From: Maricaulis sp.
GTDB lineage: Bacteria; Pseudomonadota; Alphaproteobacteria; Caulobacterales; Maricaulaceae
Reading direction: 5' to 3'
Assembly: GCF_030149515.1 (NCBI RefSeq)
Contig: NZ_JASBRI010000015.1
Span: 15,477 to 79,476 of the forward strand
DNA length: 64,000 nt
Part shown: positions 51,277-59,903 of the stretch, piece after piece
How positions within the stretch are numbered: position 1 is the first letter of the stretch
How the letters are laid out: each line of letters begins with the position of its first letter
The notes under the pieces: generated by a model
The model's database searches: none
The model's input: the letters and a program-made list of their open reading frames with translations, nothing else
Told to the model about the DNA's origin: nothing
Made by a program: the position numbers and the translations under genes

Positions 51277-52257
51277 ATGTTTCCCGCCACCCGCCTCCGC
51301 CGCACCCGCCAGGCCGACTGGTCGCGCCGCCTCGTGCGTGAAACCGCCTTGTCTCCCAACGATCTTATCTGGTCCGTAGTGGTTTCCGACACGGCCGATC
51401 CGGCCGAGCCCGTGGCGGCGATGCCGGGTGTGGACCGCCTGTCGCTTTCCGCACTGGCGAAGGCGGCCAGGGAGGCCGAAGCCCTCGGCATTCCGGCGCT
51501 GGCCATCTTTCCGCACATCGATCCGGCGAAAAAGAACGATGAAGGCTCCGAGGCGCTCAATCCGGACGGTCTGGTGCCCAATGCCATCCGCACCGTCAAG
51601 GATGCCGCCCCGAATCTCGGCGTGATCTGCGACGTGGCGCTGGACCCGTTCACCACGCACGGCCATGACGGCATTCTGGACGGCGAGCGCATCGCCAATG
51701 ACGAAACCGTCGAACGCCTGATCGCCCAGGCCCTGGTGCAGGCCGAGGCCGGCTGCGACATTGTCGCGCCATCGGACATGATGGACGGGCGTATCGGCGC
51801 CATCCGCGAGGCGCTGGAGGGAGCGGATTTCAAGGACACGATGATCCTCTCCTACGCGGCCAAATACGCTTCGGGCTTTTATGGCCCGTATCGCGAGGCC
51901 ATCGGTTCGGCGGCGGCGCTGACGGGCGACAAGCAGACCTACCAGATGGATCCGGCCAATCGCGACGAGGCACTGCGCGAGGTCGAGCTGGACATAGCCG
52001 AAGGGGCGGACATGGTGATGGTCAAGCCCGGCCTTCCCTATCTCGATATCGTCCGCGCCCTCTCGGACAGTTTCCCCGTCCCGGTCTGCGCCTTCCAGGT
52101 TTCCGGCGAGTACGCCATGATCGAGGCGGCCGCGGCGAAGGGCTGGATCGATGGCGAGCGGGTGATGATGGAAAGCCTGCTGGCCTTCAAGCGCGCCGGC
52201 GCTGCCGGGATCGTGACGTATTTCGCGCCGCGGGCAGCGAGGCTCCTGAATGGCTGA
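51277..52257 (+). CDS. hemB: Porphobilinogen synthase, non-zinc (Asp-rich) type
   Basis: DVALDPFTTHGHDG, APSDMMDGR, YAAKYAS, MVKPG, QVSGEY. Confidence 0.97.
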   Translation: MFPATRLRRTRQADWSRRLVRETALSPNDLIWSVVVSDTADPAEPVAAMPGVDRLSLSALAKAAREAEALGIPALAIFPHIDPAKKNDEGSEALNPDGLVPNAIRTVKDAAPNLGVICDVALDPFTTHGHDGILDGERIANDETVERLIAQALVQAEAGCDIVAPSDMMDGRIGAIREALEGADFKDTMILSYAAKYASGFYGPYREAIGSAAALTGDKQTYQMDPANRDEALREVELDIAEGADMVMVKPGLPYLDIVRALSDSFPVPVCAFQVSGEYAMIEAAAAKGWIDGERVMMESLLAFKRAGAAGIVTYFAPRAARLLNG

Positions 52258-53395
52258 TCCCACCCGCGAATCCCGTACGGTCCAGGCCATGCACGCGATC
52301 GATGCGATCACCGGCGCGGTGATCCCGCCGGTGCATCCCTCCACCACCTATGCACGCGACACCCACAACGCCCTGATCGGCGGCCAGGATTACCGGCGCC
52401 CCCAGGGTCCGACGGAGAAGCAGGCGGCCGGCGTTCTGGCCATGCTGGACGGCGCGGCGGATGCACGGCTGTTTTCCTCGGGCATGGCGGCGATCGCGGC
52501 GGTGCTGGAGACCGTGCCCGCGGGCGGGCATGTGGTGGCACAAACGGAGATGTATTACGGCGCCAAATTGCTGATGCAACGCGCACAGAAGCAGGGCCGT
52601 ATCACACTCAAGCTTGTGCCGCCGGGCGATCTGGATGCCCTCACGGCCGCATCAAGACCCGACACCAACCTCATCTGGACCGAAACGCCGGCCAACCCGT
52701 CCTGGGCCATTGTCGATATCGCCAAGGCCGCCGACATCGCCCATGCCGTCGGTGCCACGCTGGCCGTGGATTCCACCTGCGCTCCGCCCTGCACCACGCG
52801 GCCGCTGGAACTGGGCGCCGACATCGTCATGCATTCGGCAACAAAATATCTCAACGGCCATTCCGACGTGCTCGCCGGTGTACTGTCGACGCGGGCAGCG
52901 GACGAGCGCTGGGACGAAATTGGCGTCGTGTACAACGAGACCGGCGCCGTGCCCGGCGCCTTCGAGACCTGGCTGCTCCTGCGCGGGCTGAGGACGCTGT
53001 TCGTGCGCTTCGAGCGACAGAGCGAAACGGCGCTGAAGATCGCCAAGCGGCTTCTGAAAAATCCCCATGTCGGTCACGTCTTCTATCCCGGCCTGAAATC
53101 CCATCCCGGCCACGTCATCGCCAGGACGCAGATGACCGGCGGGTTCGGCGGTATGCTGTCGGTACGGGTGAAGGGCGGGTTCGATGCGGCGGCCCGGTTC
53201 GCGGCCGCAACGAAACTCTTCATCCAGGCCACCTCGCTGGGCGGGGTGGAAAGCCTGATAGAGCACAGGAAGCCCATCGAGGGCGCCGGCAGTCCGGTAC
53301 CGGACGATCTCGTGCGCCTGTCGGTCGGCCTGGAAAGCGCCGGCGATCTCCTCGCCGATCTCGGGCAGGCACTGGCGGTGGCGCACGATCAGTAG
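52250..53395 (+). CDS. Cys/Met metabolism PLP enzyme (cystathionine gamma-synthase/lyase family)
   Basis: FSSGMAA, ETPANP, DST, HSATKYLNGHSD, ATSLGGVES. Confidence 0.92.
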   Translation: MADPTRESRTVQAMHAIDAITGAVIPPVHPSTTYARDTHNALIGGQDYRRPQGPTEKQAAGVLAMLDGAADARLFSSGMAAIAAVLETVPAGGHVVAQTEMYYGAKLLMQRAQKQGRITLKLVPPGDLDALTAASRPDTNLIWTETPANPSWAIVDIAKAADIAHAVGATLAVDSTCAPPCTTRPLELGADIVMHSATKYLNGHSDVLAGVLSTRAADERWDEIGVVYNETGAVPGAFETWLLLRGLRTLFVRFERQSETALKIAKRLLKNPHVGHVFYPGLKSHPGHVIARTQMTGGFGGMLSVRVKGGFDAAARFAAATKLFIQATSLGGVESLIEHRKPIEGAGSPVPDDLVRLSVGLESAGDLLADLGQALAVAHDQ

Positions 53396-53545
53396 CAAAA
53401 CGCCACTCATGTTCCGTCTACAAATGAATATTCCACAAGTTTCCAGTACCAAACGCTTGCCGGTATTGAGAGAACACGCCTAGGCTCCCCCCGTATTGTT
53501 GTGGTTCGTGTCGCGTAACTCAAGAAAAGTGATGGGGAGATCCAC

Positions 53546-53878
53546 ATGTCACTCGACAAGATTGTCTGGGCCGTTGCGGCACTTGCCGCCATCGTCCTTG
53601 CCTTCGTCTCGAACTTCGAATGGGCCGGGCTGATCCTCGCCCTGCTGGGCTTGGCCAGCGGCTTTTTCATCAAGGGTGACCATCGCCGCGCTGTCATCCT
53701 GGCCGCCATCTTTCTCGTCGCCGGCGGCGCCGGCGCACTGGGCTCGATCCCGGCCGTGGGGGAGTATCTCACCGCGATTTTCACCAATTACGGCGCCGTG
53801 CTGTCTGCGGCCTCGCTGATGGTGATTGTCATGGCAACGGCCGAACGGATGATTCCGGGCATGCCTTCGGGCGAATAG
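53546..53878 (+). CDS. Small integral membrane protein of unknown function (about 4 TM)
   Basis: GGGGAG SD, coding-like codon use, hydrophobic helices, own terminator. Confidence 0.8.
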   Translation: MSLDKIVWAVAALAAIVLAFVSNFEWAGLILALLGLASGFFIKGDHRRAVILAAIFLVAGGAGALGSIPAVGEYLTAIFTNYGAVLSAASLMVIVMATAERMIPGMPSGE

Positions 53879-53901
53879 CCGGACACGCCCGTTTCGGCAC
53901 G

Positions 53902-53935
53902 AAGAGCCCCGGATCTCGCCCCGGGGCTCTTTTTT
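53902..53935 (+). terminator. Intrinsic terminator
   Basis: AAGAGCCCCGG-atctcgcc-CCGGGGCTCTT followed by a T-run. Confidence 0.85.
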
Positions 53936-53937
53936 GT

Positions 53938-54567
53938 TCACTCGCCCAGCCGGATCGGCGGCAGGGACCATTTGAACAGGATGGCGCAGCCGCGCAGGAC
54001 GAGAGCCAGGAGCGCCGAGCCAAGCGTGACCAGGCTGGGATTGAAGCCGAGGGCGAGACCCGCCACATAGGCCGCCGCCCCGGCCATCGCCGCCAAGGCG
54101 TAGATATCCTCGCGCAGGATCAGCGGTACGTCGTTGACGATGATGTCGCGCAACAGCCCGCCGAAGGCCGCGCTCATCATTCCGGTCAGAACAGCGATGG
54201 TCCAGTGCGCGCCGGCTGCCAGTCCGGCCTCGGCCCCGATCACGCAGAAGACCGACAGGCCCACCGCATCCGCCCAGATCAGCGCGGCCCGCCGTGTCGC
54301 GATCGCCTGGGCCCAGGGCGAGGTGAAATAGCCCAGCAGCGCCCCGCCGGCGGCCACGGCCAGATAGCTCGGTTCCTCGATCCAGTAGACCGGCAATTCG
54401 CCCAGAAGCACATCGCGCAGCGTGCCCCCGCCCATCCCCGTCACCGCCCCGACAATGGCGGCGCCGAAAGGGTCGAGCGCCTTGCGCGCGCCCAGCATGC
54501 CGCCGGAATAGGCGAAGAAGCCGATCCCGGCGTAGTCGAGCCAGAGGAAGAGGGTTTCGACACTCAT
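53938..54567 (-). CDS. Trimeric intracellular cation channel family / UPF0126 (YadS-like)
   Basis: GGGTLRDVLLG, DAVGL, GGLLRDII, IYA. Confidence 0.9.
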   Translation of the reverse strand: MSVETLFLWLDYAGIGFFAYSGGMLGARKALDPFGAAIVGAVTGMGGGTLRDVLLGELPVYWIEEPSYLAVAAGGALLGYFTSPWAQAIATRRAALIWADAVGLSVFCVIGAEAGLAAGAHWTIAVLTGMMSAAFGGLLRDIIVNDVPLILREDIYALAAMAGAAAYVAGLALGFNPSLVTLGSALLALVLRGCAILFKWSLPPIRLGE

Positions 54568-55088
54568 TCCCCGGCCGTCCGCTGCGCGGCGTCGAGCGCG
54601 CGCCGCGCACTCTCGAATTCCAGCAGATCGGCCAGGTCCCGGGCGCGCCAGGCCGCCCCCATCATCACCGCGCAAAAGGCCATCCACACACCGACCACGA
54701 AAATCAGGGTCTCGAACTGTTCGAAACCCCACCGCTCCCAGATCTCCGGATCCACTTCCGAAAGACCGAAAATGGCGGCCACCGGCACGGTGACGAGCAC
54801 CAGGGCGGTGGTGCGGAACACGCGCTCCACCTTGCGGGCATTGATCTCGGCATAGGTCTTCAGGAAACCGATCTGGGCATCGGTGAGCCCGCCCAGCAGG
54901 CCCAGGCCGATCTTCCAGTGCACCGCCTTGCCCAGCGGCGTCATCTGGTCGTTGGAGAACTGGTAGAGCGAGCGCATGGTAAAGCCTGCCAGCACGATCA
55001 GGCGCCAGGTGGCGAAGAGTCTGGTCAGGCGCTGCCAGACCCCCATCGCCACCGGATCGGTGCGGATCAGCCGCCCGTCCCCGGTCAC
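54564..55088 (-). CDS. Hypothetical membrane protein
   Basis: 4-nt overlaps with both neighbours; 2-3 hydrophobic segments. Confidence 0.72.
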   Translation of the reverse strand: MTGDGRLIRTDPVAMGVWQRLTRLFATWRLIVLAGFTMRSLYQFSNDQMTPLGKAVHWKIGLGLLGGLTDAQIGFLKTYAEINARKVERVFRTTALVLVTVPVAAIFGLSEVDPEIWERWGFEQFETLIFVVGVWMAFCAVMMGAAWRARDLADLLEFESARRALDAAQRTAGE

Positions 55089-55948
55089 AGATCGCGCTCC
55101 AGGCGGGCGATCAGGCTGGACGTGTCCCAGCGGTTTCCGCCCATGGCCTGCACATCGGCATAGAATTGATCGACCAGCGCGGCCACCGGCAGGCGGGCAC
55201 CGTTTCGCCGGCCCTCTTCAAGTGCAATGCGAAGGTCCTTGCGCATCCAGTCGATAGCAAAGCCGAAATCGAACCGGTCATCGACCATGGTCTGCCAGCG
55301 ATTCTCCATCTGCCAGGACTGGGCGGCGCCTTTCGAGATCGCCCCGATCACCAGGGCCGGATCCAGCCCGGCGCGCTTGGCGAAATGCAGGCCTTCGGAG
55401 AGCCCCTGCACGATGCCGGCGATACAGATCTGGTTGACCATCTTGCACATCTGCCCGGCCCCGGCGCCGCCGATCAGCGAGACCGCCTTCGCATAGGCGT
55501 CCATCACCGGTTCGGCACGCGCAAATCTATCCGCCTCGCCGCCGCACATGATGGTCAGCTGGCCGTTCTCGGCCCCGGCCTGGCCGCCGGACACCGGTGC
55601 ATCCAGAAAGCCGATCCCGGCATCGCGGGCATCGGTATCCAGTTCGCGCGCCAGTTCGGCCGAGGCGGTGGTGTGATCGACGAAGACCGCGCCGGGCTTC
55701 ATCGCCGGGATCGCCTGTTCCGCCACCGCCCGCACATCGGGATCGTCGCCCAGGCAGGCGAAGACGAAATCGGCCTCGGCGACGGCGTCTTCGATCCGGT
55801 CCGCGGCGCGGCCCTTGTGTGCCCCGGTCCAGGCCTGCGCTTTGGCTGCGGTGCGGTTCCACACCGTGACATCATGACCGGCCGCCGCGAGATGGCCCGC
55901 CATCGGAAAGCCCATCACCCCGAGACCCAGGAATGTGCAGCGTGACAT
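55085..55948 (-). CDS. NAD(P)-dependent beta-hydroxyacid dehydrogenase (HIBADH/GarR family)
   Basis: FLGLGVMG, WNRT, DAPVSGGQAGA, KMVNQI, WMRKDL. Confidence 0.92.
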   Translation of the reverse strand: MSRCTFLGLGVMGFPMAGHLAAAGHDVTVWNRTAAKAQAWTGAHKGRAADRIEDAVAEADFVFACLGDDPDVRAVAEQAIPAMKPGAVFVDHTTASAELARELDTDARDAGIGFLDAPVSGGQAGAENGQLTIMCGGEADRFARAEPVMDAYAKAVSLIGGAGAGQMCKMVNQICIAGIVQGLSEGLHFAKRAGLDPALVIGAISKGAAQSWQMENRWQTMVDDRFDFGFAIDWMRKDLRIALEEGRRNGARLPVAALVDQFYADVQAMGGNRWDTSSLIARLERDL

Positions 55949-56009
55949 GTGGCTCTCCCCATTGCTTCGACCCCTTGCTAGACTTCCGGCAATTGGGGAG
56001 CAAGTCATC

Positions 56010-58331
56010 ATGAGTGCACGCCTTCTTCGTTATGCCGGCTGGACGCTCGGCAGCGTCGCCGCCATCGCGATTCTCGCCGTACTGGTCGTCGCCAACCGGC
56101 TCTACGCCTCGCTGCCGCAAACCTCGGGCACGCTGGAGGTCGACGGACTGGACGCCGAGGCGCAGATCGTGCGTGACCGACATGCCATTCCCCATGTCTT
56201 CGCGGGCAGTGACCGCGATGCCTTCTTCGCCCTGGGCGTTGCGCATGCCCAGGACCGGCTCTGGCAGATGGAAATCACCCGCCGCGCCCTGCGCGGCCGT
56301 GTCGCCGAGCTGCTGGGCAGAGACGCGCTGGACACCGACATCTTCTTCCGCACCATGGGTTTGGGCGAAGCCGCCGATGACGCGGCCGTCAATCTGCCCG
56401 CCGATGTGCAGGCGGCACTGGACGCCTACAGTGCCGGCGTGAATACCGTGATCGAGGCTCCCGGCTTCGTGCCACCGCCGGAATTCCAGATCCTGATGAC
56501 CGCCCCTGAACCATGGACACCGGCCGATACGGTCGTGGTCTACAAGGCGATCGCGCTGGACCTGTTCGGCAATGCCTTCCAGGAACCGCGCCGCGCGGCG
56601 CTGGACGCGCACCTGGGCGCCGGGCGGGCGGCAGAATTCGTCGGCCGCTATCCCGCCGACGCTCCGCGCTCGCTGTCGATGGCCGATATGGGCCTTCCCG
56701 GGAACGCCGCACCGGCCGACACGCCGGTTCCGGTGCTGGGACCGGAAGATAATGGACGCGACGGATCGAACAATTGGGTTCTGGCCGGATCGCGCACCGC
56801 CTCGGGCCTGCCCATCCTGGCCAATGACCCGCATCTGGGGCTCAGCGCCCCGGGCATCTGGTATCTGGCCCGCCTGACGACACCGGACGGATCGGTGGTC
56901 GGAGCCACCCTGCCCGGCACGCCCTTCGTCACCCTGGGGCGCAATGATCGCATTGCCTGGGGGTTTACCAATACCGGACCGGATGTCGGCGATCTGCACG
57001 CCGTCACCGAGGAAGCGGTCGTGGACAGCCGCGAGGAGACCATCAGGGTGCGCTTCGGCGCCGATGTGACCATCACCCGCCGCGCCACCGCCACCGGCCC
57101 CGTGCTCGATCCGGAGCATTTCGACTATCCGCTGCCTGACGGCGCGGACTTCTTCTCCCTGCAATGGATGCTGGACGAGCCGGACGATGCCACTGCGGGC
57201 GTCGGCCTGCACATCATCGACAGCGATGACTGGCCGGGCTTCGTCGATGCGATCCGCGGCTTCACGGCACCGCAGCAGAACATGGTCTTCGCATCGCGCT
57301 CGGGCGATATCGGCTTTTACGCGCCGGCGCGCATCCCCGTGCGCGACCGGGCCGGAAACTGGGTCTCCACCATCCCGTTCGACGAGCTGCCCCACGCGCT
57401 CAATCCCGAGCGCGGCTTCGTCGCCACGGCCAACAACAAGATCGTGCCTGACGGCTACCCCCATTTTATCACCGGCGAGTGGTATGGCGTCAGCCGGATC
57501 CGGCGCATCTATGAAGGCATCGAAGGGTCGCAGCAGCACGATCTGGACACGATGGCGGCACTGCAGACCGACACCGTGTCGGACATGGCGCGCCGCATCC
57601 TGCCCGTCCTGCTGACAGCCCGGGCGTCAAGCGAGGCCGGCCGGACCGCGCTGACACTCCTGGAGGACTGGGATGCGGACATGGCCGCAGACCGGCCCGA
57701 ACCCCTGGTCTATGCCGCCTGGATGCGGGAGCTGAACCGGGCCGTCTATGCCGACGAGCTGGGCGATCTGTTTTCCGCCTGGTATGCCGACCGCCGTGTC
57801 TTCATGATGGACGTTCTGACCGGCGATCTGGCCCACTGGTGCGACGACATCACCACGGATGCGGCGGAGACCTGCGCCGATCTTCTCGGCCCGGCCCTCG
57901 ACCGGGCCATGGCCGGTGCGACGGCCGAGTACGGCCGGAATATTGCCAGCTGGCGCTGGGGCGAAGCCCACTACGCCCGCCACGACCACACGCCGTTTTC
58001 CGGTATTCCGCTCCTGTCGGACTGGTTCACCATCGAGACGCCGGTTCCGGGCGACGGGTCGACGGTGAATGTGGCGCATTACGCCTTCCGCACACCGGGC
58101 TATGCGGCCTTTCACGGCGCCTCCTACCGGGCGCTCTACGACATGGCCGATCCCGAGGCCTCGCGTTTCATGATCACGACGGGTCAGTCCGGCAATGTGA
58201 TGTCGCGTCATTACGACGATCTCGCCCCGCTCTGGGGGCGCGGCGAATACCTGGAAATCCGCACCGATTGGGATCTGTCCTCGGCGCCGGAGGGCACGCA
58301 AACGCTGCGGCTTCAGCCCGGTTCGCAATAG
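56010..58331 (+). CDS. Penicillin acylase family Ntn-hydrolase (peptidase S45)
   Basis: N-terminal TM, PHV, AHAQDRLWQM, catalytic GSNNW, ANDPHL, ANN, GQSG. Confidence 0.93.
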   Translation: MSARLLRYAGWTLGSVAAIAILAVLVVANRLYASLPQTSGTLEVDGLDAEAQIVRDRHAIPHVFAGSDRDAFFALGVAHAQDRLWQMEITRRALRGRVAELLGRDALDTDIFFRTMGLGEAADDAAVNLPADVQAALDAYSAGVNTVIEAPGFVPPPEFQILMTAPEPWTPADTVVVYKAIALDLFGNAFQEPRRAALDAHLGAGRAAEFVGRYPADAPRSLSMADMGLPGNAAPADTPVPVLGPEDNGRDGSNNWVLAGSRTASGLPILANDPHLGLSAPGIWYLARLTTPDGSVVGATLPGTPFVTLGRNDRIAWGFTNTGPDVGDLHAVTEEAVVDSREETIRVRFGADVTITRRATATGPVLDPEHFDYPLPDGADFFSLQWMLDEPDDATAGVGLHIIDSDDWPGFVDAIRGFTAPQQNMVFASRSGDIGFYAPARIPVRDRAGNWVSTIPFDELPHALNPERGFVATANNKIVPDGYPHFITGEWYGVSRIRRIYEGIEGSQQHDLDTMAALQTDTVSDMARRILPVLLTARASSEAGRTALTLLEDWDADMAADRPEPLVYAAWMRELNRAVYADELGDLFSAWYADRRVFMMDVLTGDLAHWCDDITTDAAETCADLLGPALDRAMAGATAEYGRNIASWRWGEAHYARHDHTPFSGIPLLSDWFTIETPVPGDGSTVNVAHYAFRTPGYAAFHGASYRALYDMADPEASRFMITTGQSGNVMSRHYDDLAPLWGRGEYLEIRTDWDLSSAPEGTQTLRLQPGSQ

Positions 58332-58777
58332 GTCGAGCTGTAGAAGACCAGGGCCGGAGCCTCGCGCGGGGTATCGAAATCGGTGACTTCGCCGACGATG
58401 ATGTCGTGATCGCCGCCCGGATGCACGGCCGTCTGCCGGCACAGGAAACGCGATACACACCCCTCGATCAGCGGCGCCGCCTCACCGGTCCAGTCCGCAT
58501 GGCAGGCGCGCAGGTCCGCATCCAGGGCACAGGCATGGGCCAGACCGGCCTGGTCGGCGGCCAGGACATTGATGGCGTAGGTCTTTGCGTTGCGGAAGAG
58601 GCGGTAGCGCTCGGTCGCCTTTTCCACTGACCACAGCAGCAGGCGCGGCTCCAGCGAGACCGAGGCGAAGGAATTCACCGTCATGCCCACGGCCCTGCCG
58701 TCGACATAGGCGGAAACGATCGTCACGCCCGTGGGATAGCGGCCAAGCGCATCGCGAAAGGAGCGGCTGTCGGGCAA
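58313..58777 (-). CDS. Flavin reductase family protein
   Basis: FRDALGRYPTGVT, TVNSFASVSL, GGDH; TTG start with GAGGA. Confidence 0.9.
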   Translation of the reverse strand: MPDSRSFRDALGRYPTGVTIVSAYVDGRAVGMTVNSFASVSLEPRLLLWSVEKATERYRLFRNAKTYAINVLAADQAGLAHACALDADLRACHADWTGEAAPLIEGCVSRFLCRQTAVHPGGDHDIIVGEVTDFDTPREAPALVFYSSTYCEPG

Positions 58778-58868
58778 GTTGTGTGTCCTCGCGTGTTTGG
58801 ATTTCGAAACCGGACCTTAACGCTAACCGTCTACAGGAGGGGAGGATAAGGAAACAAGGCGGGTGGAC

Positions 58869-59795
58869 ATGGCGGCCAAAGATCAGCCGATTGTCATCAA
58901 GAAAGTCGTCAAGGGCGGCGGCGGCGGGCACCATGGCGGTGCCTGGAAGGTTGCCTATGCCGACTTCGTGACGGCGATGATGGCCTTCTTCCTGCTGATG
59001 TGGCTGATCAATACCACGACCCCCGAACAAAAGCGCGGCATCGCCGATTATTTCGCCCCCGCCAGCGTGTCGCCAGCCAATTCCGGCTCGGGCGCGCCGC
59101 TGGCCGGCACCTCGCCGGGCAATGACGGTGTGCAGGGCTCCGGCGACAGTTCGATGCGCCAGCGCCTCGCCCCGACCGCGCCCCAGCTGAACGATCGCGA
59201 CCGCCAGCAGACGCCGGAAGGATCGCCGGAAGCGGTCGACGAAACCGAAACGGCCGTCTCCGCCTCCGCCATCGCGGAGGCCCAGCAGCGCCGTGACGCC
59301 GCGCAGCTGCATTCGGCGGCAATGTCGCTGCGCCAGGCCATGCAGGACATGCCGGAACTGGCCGAGCTTTCCAATCACATCATTGTCGACGAAACACCGG
59401 AAGGCCTGCGCATCCAGCTGATCGACCAGGAAGGCCGGCCGATGTTCAATCCCGGCGCAACCGAGCCGAACGACCGCGCCGTCACCTTGCTGCGCGCCGT
59501 TGCGCGGATCGCCGAACGCCTGCCCAACCGGCTGTCGGTCGCCGGTCACACCGACAGCGCCCCGTCGGCTCCGGGCAGCAATTACACCAACTGGGAACTC
59601 TCCGCCGACCGCGCCAATGCCGCCCGCGCCGTGCTGCAATCGGCGGGAATCAGCAATGACCGGATTTACGAAGTCCGCGGCAAGGCCGGTTCGGAACCGC
59701 TGTACCCGGACGATCCCTACATGCCGGGCAATCGCCGGATTTCCGTTGTCCTGCTACGCGAAGCACCGATTCTGCCGCAGGGCCACGAGCTCTAG
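58869..59795 (+). CDS. motB: Flagellar motor stator protein MotB
   Basis: HGGAWKVAYADFVTAMMAFFL, GHTD, NWELSADRA, NRRI. Confidence 0.96.
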   Translation: MAAKDQPIVIKKVVKGGGGGHHGGAWKVAYADFVTAMMAFFLLMWLINTTTPEQKRGIADYFAPASVSPANSGSGAPLAGTSPGNDGVQGSGDSSMRQRLAPTAPQLNDRDRQQTPEGSPEAVDETETAVSASAIAEAQQRRDAAQLHSAAMSLRQAMQDMPELAELSNHIIVDETPEGLRIQLIDQEGRPMFNPGATEPNDRAVTLLRAVARIAERLPNRLSVAGHTDSAPSAPGSNYTNWELSADRANAARAVLQSAGISNDRIYEVRGKAGSEPLYPDDPYMPGNRRISVVLLREAPILPQGHEL

Positions 59796-59903
59796 AGACG
59801 TGGGTCAACCTGACATTGGTTCCAGGAAAGGCTTCGCAAGCCGGACGCACGCGTGATAGCGTCCGACGCGGACAAACCGGATCCACAGCTTCCTGAAATC
59901 ACG

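Noticed and set aside
50008-52347. 779-aa minus-strand ORF suggesting a fused acyl-CoA dehydrogenase
   Set aside because: The N-terminal 400 aa are the antisense shadow of hemB. The real gene starts at GTG 51144 with its own SD.
58810-58835. CtrA box upstream of motB
   Set aside because: Only a TTAAC half-site is present, with no TTAA-N7-TTAA.
58869-59795. motB without adjacent motA
   Set aside because: Unlinked motA and motB are known in Caulobacterales, so this is not unusual.
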